From: Stegostoma tigrinum
Taxonomy: Eukaryota
NCBI RefSeq assembly: GCF_030684315.1
Contig: NC_081396.1
Coordinates: forward strand, 1,178,001-1,242,000
Direction: 5' to 3'
Length of the DNA: 64,000 nt
The notes under the pieces are model-generated. The model saw only the letters and a program-made list of their open reading frames with translations, had not been told where the DNA came from and did not search any database. This document shows positions 48,566-63,039 of the stretch, one piece after another. Numbering within the stretch: position 1 is the stretch's first letter; the number at the start of each line of letters is the position of its first letter. The position numbers were made by a program, and so were the translations under genes.

Positions 48566-51500
48566 TGAATGAGCCCAGTCAGGCAGTTGAAATTTCAGTA
48601 GCTGATTACTTTGCGAATAGTGATCACAATTCCGTAAGTTTTAGAATACTGATGGACAAATTCGAGAGTGGTTCTAAAGGAAGAGTGCTGAGGTCAAGTA
48701 TAGAAAAATTCTACAGGAGCTGGGGCATGTGTTTTGAGAACAGTTGTTTGATGGTAAATTCACATTTGATATGTGGGAGGCTTTCAAGCAGAGGTTGATT
48801 AGAATGCAAGACAGACATTTCCCTGTGAAAATCAGGGATAGAAAGGGCAAGATTAGGGAACAATACATGACAGGTGAAATCCTGAGGCTAGCAAAGCAGA
48901 AAAAGGAAGCATACATCAGGTCGAGGCGACTGAAAACAGGCGAAGCTTTGGAAGAATATCCGAATGTAGGACCGTTCTGAAATGGGGAATTAAGTGGGCT
49001 AAAAGGGGTCATGAAATATCTTCAGCAAACAGGGTTAAGGAAAATCCCAATGCCTTTTATTAGTGCATAAGCCACAAGACGGTAACTACAAAAAGGGTTG
49101 GCCCACTCAAGGATGAAGGAGGGAAGTTATGCGAACAGTCGAAGAAAATGGGTGAGATTCTTAATGAATACTTTGCGTTGGTATTCACTGAGGAGAGGGG
49201 CATGACGGATGTTAAGATTAGGGATAGATGTTTGAATACTCTCGATCAATTCAGCAGAAGGAGCAGGGGAAGTGTTGCATATTCTAAAAGGCATGAGGTT
49301 CGAAAAGTCCCCAGGTCTGAATGGGATCTATCCCAGTTTACTGAGAGAAGGAAGTGAGAAAATAGTTGGGGCCTTGACAGATATTTTTGCAGCATCCTTG
49401 AGCACCTTGAGCAGAGGACTGGAGAATTGCTAATGTTGCCCCTTATATAGAAAGGGTCCAAAAGATAATCCAGGAAATTATAGACCGTTGAGCCTGACGT
49501 CAGTGTTGGGGAAGCTGCTTGAAATGATACTGTGGGATAAGATCTATTTATATTTGGAAGAAAATGGGCTTATTTCTGATAGATGGCATGGTTTTGTGGA
49601 GGGAAGATCATGTCTTACCAACTTGATAGAATTATTTGAGGAAGTGGCTAAATTGATAGATGAGGGAAGTTCTGTAGATGTCATATACATTTACTTCAGT
49701 AAGGTTTTTGACAAGGTTTCCCATGGTAGGGTGATGGAGAAAGTGAAGTCGCATGGGGTCCAGTGTGTACTAACTAGTTGGATAGAGAAATGCCTGGGCA
49801 GCAGGAGGCAGTGTGTTGTGGTGGAAGTGAGTTTCACAAAATGGAGAACTGTGACCAGTGGTATTCCACAGGAATCGGTTTTGGGATCATTGTTGTTTGT
49901 CATATACATAAACGATCTGGAGGAAGACATAGATGGTCTGATTAGCAAGTTTTCAGATGACACTAAGGTTAGTGGAGTCGCAGATAGTGTAGGGGACTGT
50001 CAGAGGTGCAGCAGAATATAAATAGATTGGAGAGTTGGATGGCCAAATGGCAGATGGAGCTCAATCTAGGGAAATGTGAGGTGATACATTTTGGAAGATC
50101 CAATTCAAGAGTGAACTATACGGTAAATGGAAAAGCCCTGGGGAAAGTTGATACGCGGAGAGATCTGGGTGTTCGCCCTAAATGTGTTGACGCAGGTGGA
50201 TAGAATGGTCAAGAAGGCATATGGCATGCTTTAATTCGTCGGGCGGGGTATGGAGTACAAGATTTGGCAGGTCATGTGTCAGTTGTATAGGACTTTTGTT
50301 TGACCATATTTGGAATACTGCGTACAGTTCATTACCAAAACAGTGTGGTGCAGAGGAGATTCACAGGATGTTGCCTGGTATGAAGGTCGCTAGCTATGAA
50401 GAGACGTTGACTAGATTAGGATTACTTACATCCGAAAGACGGAGATTGAGGAGGGATCTGTTTGATGGCTACAAAATCATTTCAGGTATAGACAGGGTGG
50501 AAAGCAAGAAGCTTTTTCCCCGAGCGGGGGATTCTCTTATTCAGGGTCACGAATTCAAGGTGAGAGGGGAATAGTTTATGGGAGATATGCGTGGAAAGTT
50601 CTTTACACAGAAGGTGTGGGCGAGTGGAACACGTTGCCAACGGAGGTGGTAGAGGCCAGCACGATAGCATCATTTTAAGTTGTAATTAGGCAGATACATG
50701 AATGGGCAGGGAGCAGAGGGAGACAGATCCTTTGAAAATAGGCGACAGGTTTGGATGGAGAATCTGGATCGGCGCAGGCTTGGAGGGCCGAAGTGTCTAA
50801 TCCTGTGCTGTAATTTTCTTTGTTATTTGTTCTTTGTGTCATCGAACACAAAAACATGGTGTTGGAACTCCCTCTGGTGACGATATGCAGTAAAATATGT
50901 TTCGCTGTGAAATTGTCTGATTCTCAAATTACTGGGGCACTGCGTTCCATGGTTATGCCGCGTTAGCATTGCACTTATACTCCCTCCTCGGATATAATTC
51001 AGTGCGGATGGTGGTACCAAACGCAGATTGAATCTTCTTTACAATCTTTGTTAACTTTGAATGTTCCAGACTATACCTGGGAGGTAATACCATTAGGATT
51101 ATGGAACTAAACCATCCACATTAAGTAACAACAATGATTTCATTCTGTGTCAGTTCATGTCCTAGATTCCATAGGTTTGAATATGAGCGTTTCCTGTTTA
51201 AACTTGTCCCAGAACAAAGTAATTCATTTTGGAAATTAGAAGTGTTCCTCCGAGGGCAACTTGGCATTGGATGGCTTCTGTGAAATTGGAATGTTAGGGA
51301 AATTAGATTTTCCACGTAACCTGTTGAATAGGAGAGGTTGGGAAACAGAGCCAATATATTGAGACCCAGAATAAAGGACTGAAAATTAGAAGCAAAAATC
51401 AATAATGAGAAGAGAGAGATGGATCCAGAGACGTCAGAGGCAGTAAGGCAGAAGAAGAGAAGGAAACAGGTAGAAACAAACAGCTGTTTGAGAATAAATC

Positions 51501-54500
51501 CTGCTTAGTGTACAATGCTTGTTCATGGTACTTGTCATAACAACTAATCCTTGACTCACAAAATGGCATTTAGTCAAGATTTGTATGCCTGGCAGCTCGT
51601 TGTGATTTGTAACTGCATCTTCCTAAAGTCCCATAGAGACCTAGAGCCTGCCACTCACACTAACACCACACCACACCTTAGCTCCACTGCACTCCATCCC
51701 AGTTCAAGCGTAAGTTTCAAGCCTGCCGACAGGCTGTTTTGTAACATAACACATATCAGAGCTCAGAAAGACACAGCACTTGTTATCGAGCTCAGAAGGG
51801 AGCTGGATAAACTGTTGAGTTCAGCCGAGGTGTAGATGTCAATGTCTTTTGCATTCACCATTGAGGTGAACCCACATTGCGCTCTCAGGCTGAGGTTTTT
51901 TTTTCGTGCAATGGTAATGCATCGGATTCTAAAGGATTAGTTTCAAATCCCTCCAAACCCAGACATGTGTCAAAATGTTATATGAGTGATCAGGTTAGTT
52001 AACGATAGCCCATGGTTAGGCTAACCCTGGCTGTTGCCAAAAGCAGACCAAAATGCTGTGTTTAACTAAATTATCATAGAGTCACAAAGCTCTATGGGAG
52101 AGTTATCATTGAAGGACATCTACAGACTCTTCATGGAGATTTTGACAAGTCGAGTGAATGGAAAACTATATCGTTGATAAAGTAAAATGCAAATAAACGT
52201 GGTATTATCAACTTCTGTAGCAGAAACAAATTCAGGAATTTGGATGAATTGTGAATTTGGCTTCATGTCACAGAACCAATGTATCCTATCCACTTTGTAT
52301 GAAGGGTGATCGATAAAGTTGTGAAGTACGTTTTTAACATTGATAGAGATCAGAACACAGATCATCACTATGGCCAGCAATGCAGTTTTCTCGGTGTCGT
52401 AGCTGGTCACAGAGTACACAGAATCCTCCAGACTCTGGCAGCAGATGTCCAAAGTGGTCAAGAGGGAAGCGCACTGTAAAACATACTGAGCAATTGCGGG
52501 CGTAGAGGCAAGCATCAGGCTGGAGAACAGGGCACTACTGTTAAAAACAAATTCGGCTAATCGAGTTGTGTTTGTCCCTGGTGATGATGAGATATAAACC
52601 AGTCAACACTGTCACCACCAAGAAGTAGGTGACACATCAGGACAATTCATATGGTCGTCTCTCTCGAATTACATTTGGCCTAAATTTGCAGTTAGAGATA
52701 AGGAGAGAGCGAGATGCCACCAAGGAGACTTCACCAGCCTCGAGCAAACTGGAATGGAAAAATCCCATTCCATCGATGTTAATGCCCTCAGTTTGGTCAT
52801 TGGTAATTGCTCGATATCTAAGATTGAATTATATGTTTGTTGACGCGTATGCCATTACAATCTCCTCCCAACACAAGTCTATGCTGTAGCCCCTGAGAAG
52901 ACCTCCATAGCTAAGTTTGCAATTCAAACGTATTCTTAATATTTTCTCTGCGTTAATTTATTCTTTCAGCATCCAATTAATTCATAAACCCTGTGCTTGC
53001 CGACAAACAGTGTCTCCCACTGTAGCTAGACATTGGTATTAATACGTGAATGAATTTTTAAAAAAAATATTTCTATCGTCTTGCCACTCACTTTAAAATC
53101 TGACGATCGTTTGAGATCATTGTGCTCCAATAAGTCTACACTAGCTTGTGCCACAGAATTTGAACCACACTACTTTTGCTGTGATGCATTTTCAGACAGG
53201 GTCTAATTTCCATTGTCCCTGGTACGGGATACCCCATCTCCACACCCCTCTACATCTTAATGCAACTTTTTTGAACAAAAACTCAAGATATCTGCTGTAA
53301 CATTTCCCTGCTCTGTTTGGATTTATTTTGTTCATAAAGTTCCTGTTAAGTATCCCCATTCTCTGTACTGCAGTGACTGTAAACAACTGTTGCAACAATA
53401 CCTTCTCATGTAGAAATTAAAGACAAAGGATGAAAGTTTTAGAAGCGACAGGCACGTCCAGTGATAATAAAGATATATAAATATCTGAAACAGAAACGAA
53501 ATTCAAACCAGGCAAAGTTAAATTACAAATTCAGTTAAATATTGTTGAACTCAACTGACACCTTCTGACGTATATTAACTGAATACTCAAATCAAATTAA
53601 TCATATCAAATGTTTATAAAACTTTACAAGTTACAATTTCACGCAACACAATATATGCCACATTATATGTTGCCAACACTTTAATTATAGATAATTTGAA
53701 GGATCAATGTACACATATTAAATAATTAATTAAGCATTAGGTAACTGAGCTGCAGCATAACAGGTTTAATATATATTTAATATTCTACTGTGCAAGGGAA
53801 AAGTATGATATGATTTGCCATAATGCAATGCAATGTCATAAAGTATACGTATATATAGGAGCAGTTTGACGTTTGCTATACTCGGATAACACTGGATATT
53901 AACAATATTGAGGCTGATCCTTATGACCAAGTCATAAAAGAAAAAAAAATCAAGAAAACGGTATGAAATTGCAAAGAAGAGCTTATTATTTGACTCATGC
54001 ATCATTGTTCTATGAGACTGAAAATATTCACGACTTTAGTTATGATATACATTTGAGGTGTTCATCGTTGATTCCAAGTAAGTATCTCTGGAAGGACACG
54101 TGATGTGAAACATATACCTCAGTTGCAGCACAGTGATCAAATACTTTAGTTATTGCCTTCCTTTTTCAACATTGCCACGTCGATCTTTTCACATTGCTAA
54201 ATTAGACACACAACAGTGAACTCGTGGCTGAAAAGTTGCCTTTCAATTCTCTCACATAAACTAGACTTTGTGTCGCCATCAAGTGGAATCACAAATGTAT
54301 GATACTGTGCTACGACACTTCCTTTTTAAAAACTTACCACCTGTAGCTTATGCCATGTTATGATTGTTTCTTGATTAGTTTATCAGATCTGTTGAAGTAC
54401 CTCGATTATTGTCACGAGTTTTGGTCTTTATTGCTTTTATTTTAACTGTGTTTCAATAATTTACGGCTGAACTTCTCGAAGTCTGTGTTAGCTCAAAGGA

Positions 54501-57500
54501 AGGCATCAGATAAAGACAGAATCTCAGAAACTCTAGGCCATTTGGAAAATGCAGAACATGCACTTGTTCTGCTAATCAATAAATTCATGAATGGCTTCCA
54601 AGTGCTTCACAGCATTTTATACAATAACAGCGGTTCATGAACTGGTGCTCACTAAAAAGTGTCAATATCTAATGTGTCAGTTGGAGAAATATTGTTTAGA
54701 ACTGCAACATTTGGTAACATCTTTAGGGATGTCGTTATAATATAATGTAGAATGATGCATAATGTGTCAATAACTGATACAGAACTGAGTATAATGCAAG
54801 GACTGAGAGGAGAATGCAGCAGAGGGAGACATGGTGATGTGGAATAGCAAGTTGGACAGTTTCTCATGCAACGGTAACAACTTTTATGTAGCAATAACCA
54901 TGCAGACCAACAGAAATATCAAAGCGCCCGAGTGCACTAAAAACTGAGGCAGGGCCTTGAACAATGCTTGTTCGAATATTTCGAAGTGAATACTTCAATC
55001 ACCGCTGTTTAGTAACAAATGGACACTGAGCAGCCGAACAACATTCAAATGACATAACTGCTGAAATGGTGATCTCTGGTATGTGTTTTTAAATATGATG
55101 TTTCTGCACACCTTTCTAACAAGAAGCTGTATAGTTAAGTAAAGCAAGTTTGGCATGCTGAAAATTAGGACAGGTCTGCGACACAATTTCTGTTTCCAAA
55201 TGTTTTGCCAGTAATTTATTTTCAGTATGAAGAGAATGCACAAGTTCGCCTCCACTGACATTTAATTGAACATGGGTTACACCACAGCATCCAAACATAC
55301 AGACTGTTAGGCCAGGTGAGGTCTGAACATCACTTCATACTATTTGAAAACTGACTTGACCTCAGCATATCTGGCTGACAGCTTGGATGTCTCTGAGAAC
55401 AACTGCTTTGCATTGTAATCAGAATAGTATGAAATAAAACTTTCATAAAATCAATCAATATCTCAAAATGGGAGTTTCATTTTGTTTCTCCCAAAACAGA
55501 TCAAAGTTATTGGGTTCTAGGCGTAACTGGCTAGACCAACATTTATTGCCAATTCCTAATTGGGCAGAGTGTATTTAAAAGTGAATGATATTGCTGTGCC
55601 TCTGGTGTCACGTGAAAATCAAACAAGTAAGGCCCACAGTTTTCCTTGCTAAAGAACATGAGTGACCAATTTTGTTCTTTACGATTATCCATAATAGTTT
55701 CATGAGCATTACTTGATCCAATCCTCGAGTTATCTTTCGTTGAATTCAAATTGCACCATCTCCCGTGGGTGTATTTGAATAATGTTGCAAATGTCTCTGA
55801 ATTATTACAAATAAGAGTTGGATAAAATTCATATTTTGGAGGAGATTCTGATGAGAACCAATCGACTTTTTGCATATACATAGTAAGAGAGCTTCCATCC
55901 TGTAGAACCTCAAAAGATTTCAAGTGCCAGAGGTCCAGGCTTTTGCAACTGGAATCGTTTGGAAATGAAGTCCATTTGCTGAGGGAAGACAAATATCACC
56001 CAATCAGATAATGTGTGAAAAAAGGGCTATGAGCTGCAAAAAGTGCCAAAGAATTATGGGACTGAGCATTCATTTCCTACACAAAGCCCAAGGTTGCGAT
56101 TGTTTCTACTCAGATATGGGTAATGTGACTTCCAGTTTCACCTTTTCAGCAAAACATCTTCCCAAGCATTCATTTAACTCAGCAATTGTTACTCAATTTC
56201 AGATTGAAATGCACATAGTTGCAATTATAAACCTTATGGGCAAATAATGGGAAACATTTCAGCGTAGGCAATGGCCTTTTTGAATTTTCGATGCATTTTT
56301 AATGTAGAGACCCGAAGCGACGTGTACGGATCATGTATTCAAATCCAGCTATGCAAGATGGTGCAATTTGTAGTCAACATAGTCAGCTTGAATTATGTCA
56401 AATAGTGATCACGAAACTGTTGTTAGTTGTTATAAAAACTCACATGGTTAACTAAGGACGTTTAGGGAAGGAAATATCGTCTACTGCAATATGGTTGACT
56501 ATAAGTTGTCCTGTATGCAAGTCAACATGGAAAATAAATTCTTGACCAGATCGTGACGTCTACATGCCAAGATTGAAGAATTCAGAAAAAATCACTGCAA
56601 CCAATTCCATCATTTTCAGGTTCACAACTGACAGTTTTTCAATAAGATCTAGGTATTTCTATTAGAATACATTTCGGAAGATCACGTCCCTTCATTTGTG
56701 ATTCTGTCAATCAGGGATTGTGTAAATGTTGCCTGGAGTTTTAATGAGTGGGATACAATTTCACTCCGTTTTTCTGAGCCTGTGTGCAGTGCAATGAGTC
56801 ATCTGGCCTAGGTTCGAGGAACCTCAGTTCCAGATATAGGCATTGAGCCTCTGCTTGAAACTGCAATCACTGACATTCCCTGGCAGTGCTGAGTGTGAGA
56901 GTTTGTTGCCGGAATTTTATACTTTTCCTGTTTGCTCACACTGTACAATCGAGAAACAGCGAATTATAAATATGTTTGTTTGAAACTAATGATTTCGTAG
57001 AATCCCAATGCTATATATGGTAAAAGTCTTGTGTATCTAATTCTTTCAGAAAAAAATGTGCAAAGAAAATCAATTTGCAATAAGACACAGCTCCTCTGAG
57101 GTCATTCGTTATTTAACTGTCCTGCTTTCTCTGATCTGTCATGAAACATCCCTGCCAGTCCTACAGTAAGTGATTCCTGAAAGAAGTAAACTTGGGTAGG
57201 TGCAAAGAATCACTAGATATGATAGGATAACATCACTGGGTTTTCTGATCCACTTCCATTCCTAGGTCAGACACAGGTGGTGACTGCTCTCTCTGTCTCT
57301 GGATTTCAAGTGTTTTCCTGATAACATCTGTTCCACTAAATCTCCAGAGTAAAATTCCAGCGCTTCATGTTGGCTCCTATTCCGTGTCCGATTGATTCGC
57401 TCTAGCTGTTCGTCCTCTCATGGATTGTGTTTCCATGGTTTATTTTCAGAGATGAACAGTAGAAATTCAGTACCTCAATCAATACAGGGAATCAAAATAG

Positions 57501-59116
57501 AAAAAGACAAAGCTTTAGTAATATCATAAAAGCACTCTGTTACAAGTTCAGTTACTTCAATAAACTATTCTTGTACTCCAGAATCCGCACTGACATCTGG
57601 AATATATGCTTAGATTCATTCGGTTGTCATATGACATTACAGATCGTAGGTTTGAAAATCGTAGCAGCGATCTCAGTCCAGAATGAATCATTTCCCATCT
57701 GTCCATGAATTACATGAGACTGATAGATGGCACCTGTGTATTCCCGAGCACTGAGAGCTTGGGGGAATGAGGGTGCTTAGGATTTCACAGAAATTTACTC
57801 CAGTTCGTCAATCAAGAGCCGTTATCAGGATAACATAAGCGACCACATACTAGAGAATATGGGCAGTTAAATATGTTATAATCGAACTTTACTGATTCCC
57901 CTTATTGTAGCCAAGGCTTCACTACGTTGAAAATATAATATTTGTTGATAATTTTAATCAATGATCATTTTCAGATAGGTGCAAGTCATCACGATGAAAG
58001 AATAAGCGTTGATTGGTATGAAATATGAAATAACCTGAGTGGCCTTGCAAGAAAGGAGGTTGAGAGGATGTTTTCACTCAACTCGGATTTTGGAATTTTG
58101 GAGCCGATTCTAAAATCTACCAGTCGTCTGTTACAGATGGAGATGTGATGATGTAGATTTTGGGGTTATAATGAGATTGTTATTCGTCAATGGAAGATAC
58201 TCCAAAAACACCAGTGGGAGTCCTTTGTTGACTATATTCCAAATGGTAATTCGTAACGGTTTACAACTGCACTGGAGAAAAAGGTGGCGGAGAGCGTCAT
58301 TAAAATGGAATTGAGGTCGCAATTAGATCAACCATGGCCTGCTAAAGTGAAGAAGTGTTGTCGAAGCGCTGAAAAGCTATTCTGGCCATTATCCTTTATT
58401 GACATTCGAAGGTGTCTAGGTGAGAAGAAAATAAACATTTTTCGATATGGTTTATGGATTTGGTGCCTATCTATGGAGCGATACATTTCAAAGGTGGTCC
58501 AATGTCATAGAAAGTCCAAGTGCCGTTGGAGTCAAACGTTTTTTCGGTTAAGCATCGCGACTGAGTAATAATAGAAAGCTACCAGTACAAGATGATTGTT
58601 TTACGCTGTAATTCTGTTCTCAGTCAAGTCACTATGTATCATTTCTTTGCTGGGCAGTATACAGTTAAAATCATTTCAGTAGCAGACACATTGGTTAATA
58701 TCTGAATATGACATTACACTTAAATTATTCTTATTTTCCCTTAAATATGGAGAAACATTCACTTATCTAAAAACGAAGTCATTGAACTTCAAAAGAAAAG
58801 CCCAGACAAAAATTCACAAAGCGAAAAAGAGACACACAATGCCTGAAAATGGGACATACTTGACGGGAATATAAAAGGTACAAAAAACAACAAGCGTTGC
58901 GATTGGATAGAATTAGTTGCCTTGAGCCTTCAGTTAATTGTGATTGGGCCAGAGCTGATGGCGAATCTGAGAAAGGAACAAATCTTAGCACAAGAAATCC
59001 TGCTGAGTTTCCCATTATGTGATGCCACCTCCAAGTAAATGTCAGTAGCTGGTATCAGATAAGAAGAATCTACATAACAGAAAAAATACGCACCATTTGC
59101 TGTCGATCCAAATATC

Positions 59117-59558
59117 ATGAGGTTATTATATTCTCCGCTAATAATAATAATAAACCTGCTGCCTGGTAAGTCTGACATGAAATTGTTATTGTGTGCTTCA
59201 TAAACGATACTTACTGAGAGGTTTGACGCGTTCGGTGTATTCTTTTTGCAGGAACGAGTGGCCAAGATTCAATTTCACAACATCCAAGTGAATTGTCGGT
59301 TTGGGAAGAAGAGACCGTAATGTTGAACTGCAGTTATACAGCAAAGTACACTGGAGAAACTCTCTTCTGGTACGTCCAGTATCCTGGAAAACCTCCAAAA
59401 TATATACTGAAGACGTATGGCAATTCGAAAGGGGAGGTATCTTCAGAGTTTTCCAAACGCTTTAGTGCAAATTTGGATAAAGACAAGAAAACAGTTCCAC
59501 TATATATCGCAAGGGCTCGCTTCTCTGACTCTGCCATCTATCTCTGTGCGCTAAGCTC
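59117..59558 (+). CDS. TRAV: Intact TCR alpha/delta variable gene segment; leader exon 59117-59165, V exon 59252-59558
   Basis: MRLLYSPLIIIINLLP-GTSGQDSISQHPSELSVWEEETVMLNCSYTAKYTGETLFWYVQYPGKPPKYILKTYGNSKGEVSSEFSKRFSANLDKDKKTVPLYIARARFSDSAIYLCALS; GTAAGT...TTGCAG intron; RSS follows. Confidence 0.94.
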
Positions 59559-59597
59559 CACATTGATACAGGGGTGCTGTCAGTCTGTACAATAACG
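59559..59597 (+). promoter_or_regulatory. 23-bp-spacer RSS
   Basis: CACATTG, 23 nt, ACAATAACG. Confidence 0.88.
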
Positions 59598-59959
59598 AGC
59601 CAGCTACTCTAACCTCCGATTCCTTGATCAGCTCTGTGAGCTGAATGTTGAGACATTAGTGCCACAAACAAATTAAAATGAGGTTGCCAAATTGATAAGT
59701 TTTGTAGTGTCGATTCAAAGATGTATTATTTTATTTTGATGTAATCACTTTTTTATTTACACTGAACAGATCAATTTTTAACAATAGAATCTGGAACGCA
59801 TGTCGATCCACCAATGACTTCCGCCAAACCAGGAATTTACTCAAGTAATGGCCAAAATTGCTTCAAAAGTCTCACTCATTATCATTTCTTTTGCCCAGCT
59901 ATGAGGTGATATCGTTCATTCAGTGAGTTTATTTAAGACCGGTGTGGATAAGGCTGTGG

Positions 59960-60115
59960 TCTTGCTCACCAAGCTAATGTTTTTGATTGCAGACATTTGT
60001 CACCTTGTCAGGTAATATCATCAGTGCACCTCCAGTGAACCAAAGGCACGCTGATTGTATTAACTAGCATGGTGACAAAATGTCTGCAATCAAGCACACT
60101 GGATTAGGGAGTAAG
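59960..60115. repeat. Inverted pair of Penelope-type terminal repeats with decayed hammerhead cores
   Basis: TTGATTGCAGACATTTGTCACC (59983-60004) pairs with GGTGACAAAATGTCTGCAATCAA (60071-60093). On - 60024-59992 reads CUGAUGA-UAUUACC..GGUGAC-AAA. Confidence 0.55.
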
Positions 60116-62109
60116 TCTACAACGACATCCACAGCCCGAACTACCAATCTGCTGAAAGAAAACTTTAACCGGCATTGATAGATTTGAAAGGGAAATTAGA
60201 AATTTAGTTTAAAACCGTTTGCTGAATATGACGGGGTATTTTCTGATCTAATTGAATGTCCAAACAAGTTCGAAAGGCCAAGTGCCCTCCTCCAGCATCT
60301 ATTTGATTTGTTCTTATGTCCAAATCTCTGCTGAAATGGGTTGATGTACAAAAGAGGTGCAAGTTGATTCGATCTTACCTGTTGACACTAACGTGAATGA
60401 ACCCATTAACAGCAGTACACGATATCACACAGCATCCAACCAACTCCAAACTGAAGCAATACAGCTCCAACTCGACCTGTTCAAATTTCTCATTGGTTAT
60501 GCTAATATGTTGTCCGTGGGTTTAACTCATTCCTCAGTCGTTCAGTACTCTTGACTGGTAACTTAACAAATTCAATCAGCTTTTATTTACAAACAGCATT
60601 GTTCAAGTTTTCTTCACTTTATCTGTATGCTCTCCCTTTTTGCAACACACTAGCTTTCCTGGGTGACGTTGAATATAACAAAATATTAATTTAAAGTATG
60701 TTTTTTTTACCCCTATTTGATTGCAGGCCATTAAGGCACAGGTTCTAATGCTCAGGAAACATTTGCTTTGATAAAGTTGCAAATTTGAAATTATTTTAAT
60801 TTATTCTATTTGCTTTACATTGGGCAACATAAGTGTTGTTGCATTTATCTGTTGAAAAATTTGTGACCAAAACCAAATCACCATGCCGACTAGTGCTGTT
60901 TCACAATCATTTCAATTGTGCTAAAGATCCGACCTTTATAATATCATCCCTAAAATGCAAATATTCTCTGTGCAGTTGGCCTGAGGTGCAGATTTTCTTT
61001 TTCTGTATTTATTGAGCAAATTGTGGAGGGGGGAAGATTTCATCAAAACATTTCAGTAAACTGCTACAATGGATCAATTTGAACAAAGTAAGAGAAAGGC
61101 TGAAGGACAAAGTAGATATTTTAACTTTATTGCCTGGAGCACACTGAATTCAGACAAATGTTATAAGAACTACTGATACAGCCTTAATGAAGCTTCTTCT
61201 GTTTCTGTTACGTGGAATACATATGAACATACTCCAGAATGTTGATTCATTACTTTATACACATCTATATATAAGAGACATTGCAACAGAAATTTCCACA
61301 CAAAATATTGGCTCCAACAATTAACAAAGTTGGGCTCAGCAGATATTTGCAACGTCAATCATGCAAGCAAAGAAAACTTTATTTCAAATTGAAACTTATC
61401 TTATATATGCAGCCTTCACAAAATACTTCTGATGCTTGTAGCTAATGTCTGTTTTATTTTCAATTAATCTTTTGTATTATTTTGTTTTTCAGACCATTTT
61501 CCTCGGTGCTTTGGAAACATGGCATTATCCTTGTAGTTACTTCCTCTATTAGTTATTGTTTGGGAGCTTTTATTTAATGCTTAAAACATTGCATTAGGAA
61601 TTCATTATATTACTAACTCTTCATTTATCATACATACAGTTTCAGTAGCATTGGGAGAAGTTGAATTGGGATATTACAGTTCTTGTAGATTTTCTCACCT
61701 CGCCAACATTTTTGCATGAAATTCCACATTTCAATGTGTTTTCTCAAAACGAATATACAAAATTGTCACTGCACAATGATTACCTCAAAGCAATATTATC
61801 TGTTCCTCTGACAAAAGCTCTTTCATCAACAATTGTGCATGGATGAAACTAGTTTTAAACCACCACATTGGTATCTCTCTAAATATGAATGGGAGAGTCC
61901 CAGAGGTCTCCAAATAAACAGCAGATTGTTCTGCCCTTACACAGTGAATGCAATAATGGGAATCAGTATTCGTTATGAAAGGTTTCACCTAAGTTTAGGT
62001 GCGCAGTGACCAGGTCTCTGCACGCAGTAGTATGCTGAAATATCATTGCCTGAGACCCTTTCATTAACAGCCCTTCACAGGAAGCAGCTGTGACCCAAAA
62101 ACCTGCAGC

Positions 62110-62400
62110 AGGTCTTGCACAAAACTTTTGGTCGTTATTGCCATCCTGAGCCTCACTGCACAAAAACTTGCAGCGGTGGCAGTGAACAATAAATCAGAGA
62201 TGGTGAGTAAGTACGTCCTGTTTGACTGCTGGACTATATCATAAAACAATTTCTGAGCAAAACCTCCCTTACGACTCATGTAACACCAGACTGTGAACTC
62301 CTACCAGTATAAATAATAACGATCACCAATGTAGGCACAAATTAAAGTCGCATCTTTTCCTTCTGGCTGTGTGAGAAAACAACCTAGCTTAATAACACAG
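62110..62400 (-). pseudogene. TRAV/TRDV pseudogene with degenerate 23-RSS (62148-62110)
   Basis: LTQPEGKDATLICAYIGDRYYLYW*; FR2 largely deleted; GGFAQKLF...SNRTYLLTISDLLFTATAASFCAVRL; CAGGATG, 23 nt, GCAAGACCT. Confidence 0.85.
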
Positions 62401-63039
62401 TTTCAATCACTTATTTGTTGAACACAGGGTTAAATAAAGCTTAAATAATCAACTAGCTATTGAAGTGAGCAGAACTGATCGTGAAAATATGAAATAATTT
62501 TGATGCCAATGAAATTGAATAGAAGATGCCGCAGAAGAAAATCGAATTAATTTTGTGTGGTCTACGTTGATGCTGACAAATCCCATGAAAATCTGCCCTC
62601 ACTCTTTTTTTTTGTCTTAAATCTATACATTCCATTCCTTTGTCGTCTCAACGAGATCTTCAAGTTTGCTTTTACATCTTTGTATGTGACTCTACGTTTC
62701 ATTTTGATGGTGAGTTCAATATTCCAAAACGGAAAAAATGATTCTTCTGAATGCCTATTCGATTTGTTCTCTGTCTTGTCTTTATGATGCACAGTTTTGA
62801 AATCCTCAAACAGAGTAGCATCTTGTCATGTAAGAGTATAGATAGCCTTCATCAGTTTAAATATCACTATTCTATTACTTCTCAGCAACCCCTTTACCAC
62901 AGCAAAGGATCCCAGCTCGTTGCACCTGATTATTGGTTTCACTGCTGTAACTACAAGGCACTGTTTCCGAGGAAACTGAGATATTAACGTCGAGCATTGC
63001 TGTGTAGAAGAGATATCAATAAATATAGGTAATTAGATC

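Larger units (their letters stand above)
45916..50825 (+). mobile_element. Near full-length decayed CR1 LINE (ORF1 zinc finger and SGNH-esterase-like domain; ORF2 APE and RT)
   Basis: ORF1: CSSC...CRKC and IVIEDSILRG (GDS-type). ORF2: LRCICFDTRSIVGKADEL, MGDFNFPNI, SLTSVLGKLLE, YINDL...KFSDDTK. Tail near 50800-50825. Confidence 0.93.

Noticed and set aside
50870-51100. VWYH and FYC fragments on -
   Set aside because: Spacing inconsistent with a V domain and no RSS.
53890-54830. Two possible tail-to-tail V fossils (CACAGTG at ~54129 on +; SAVNY* and CACAGTT at 54450 on -)
   Set aside because: Only scattered motifs with wrong spacers; needs an HMM search.
56700-56975. EWDTISL...HLA*VR...LYF followed by CACACTG on +
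   Set aside because: Both cysteines absent and nonamer poor; possible fossil but unsupported.
61800-61970. CACAGTG at ~61940 after CSAL on +
   Set aside because: No nonamer and no V framework upstream.
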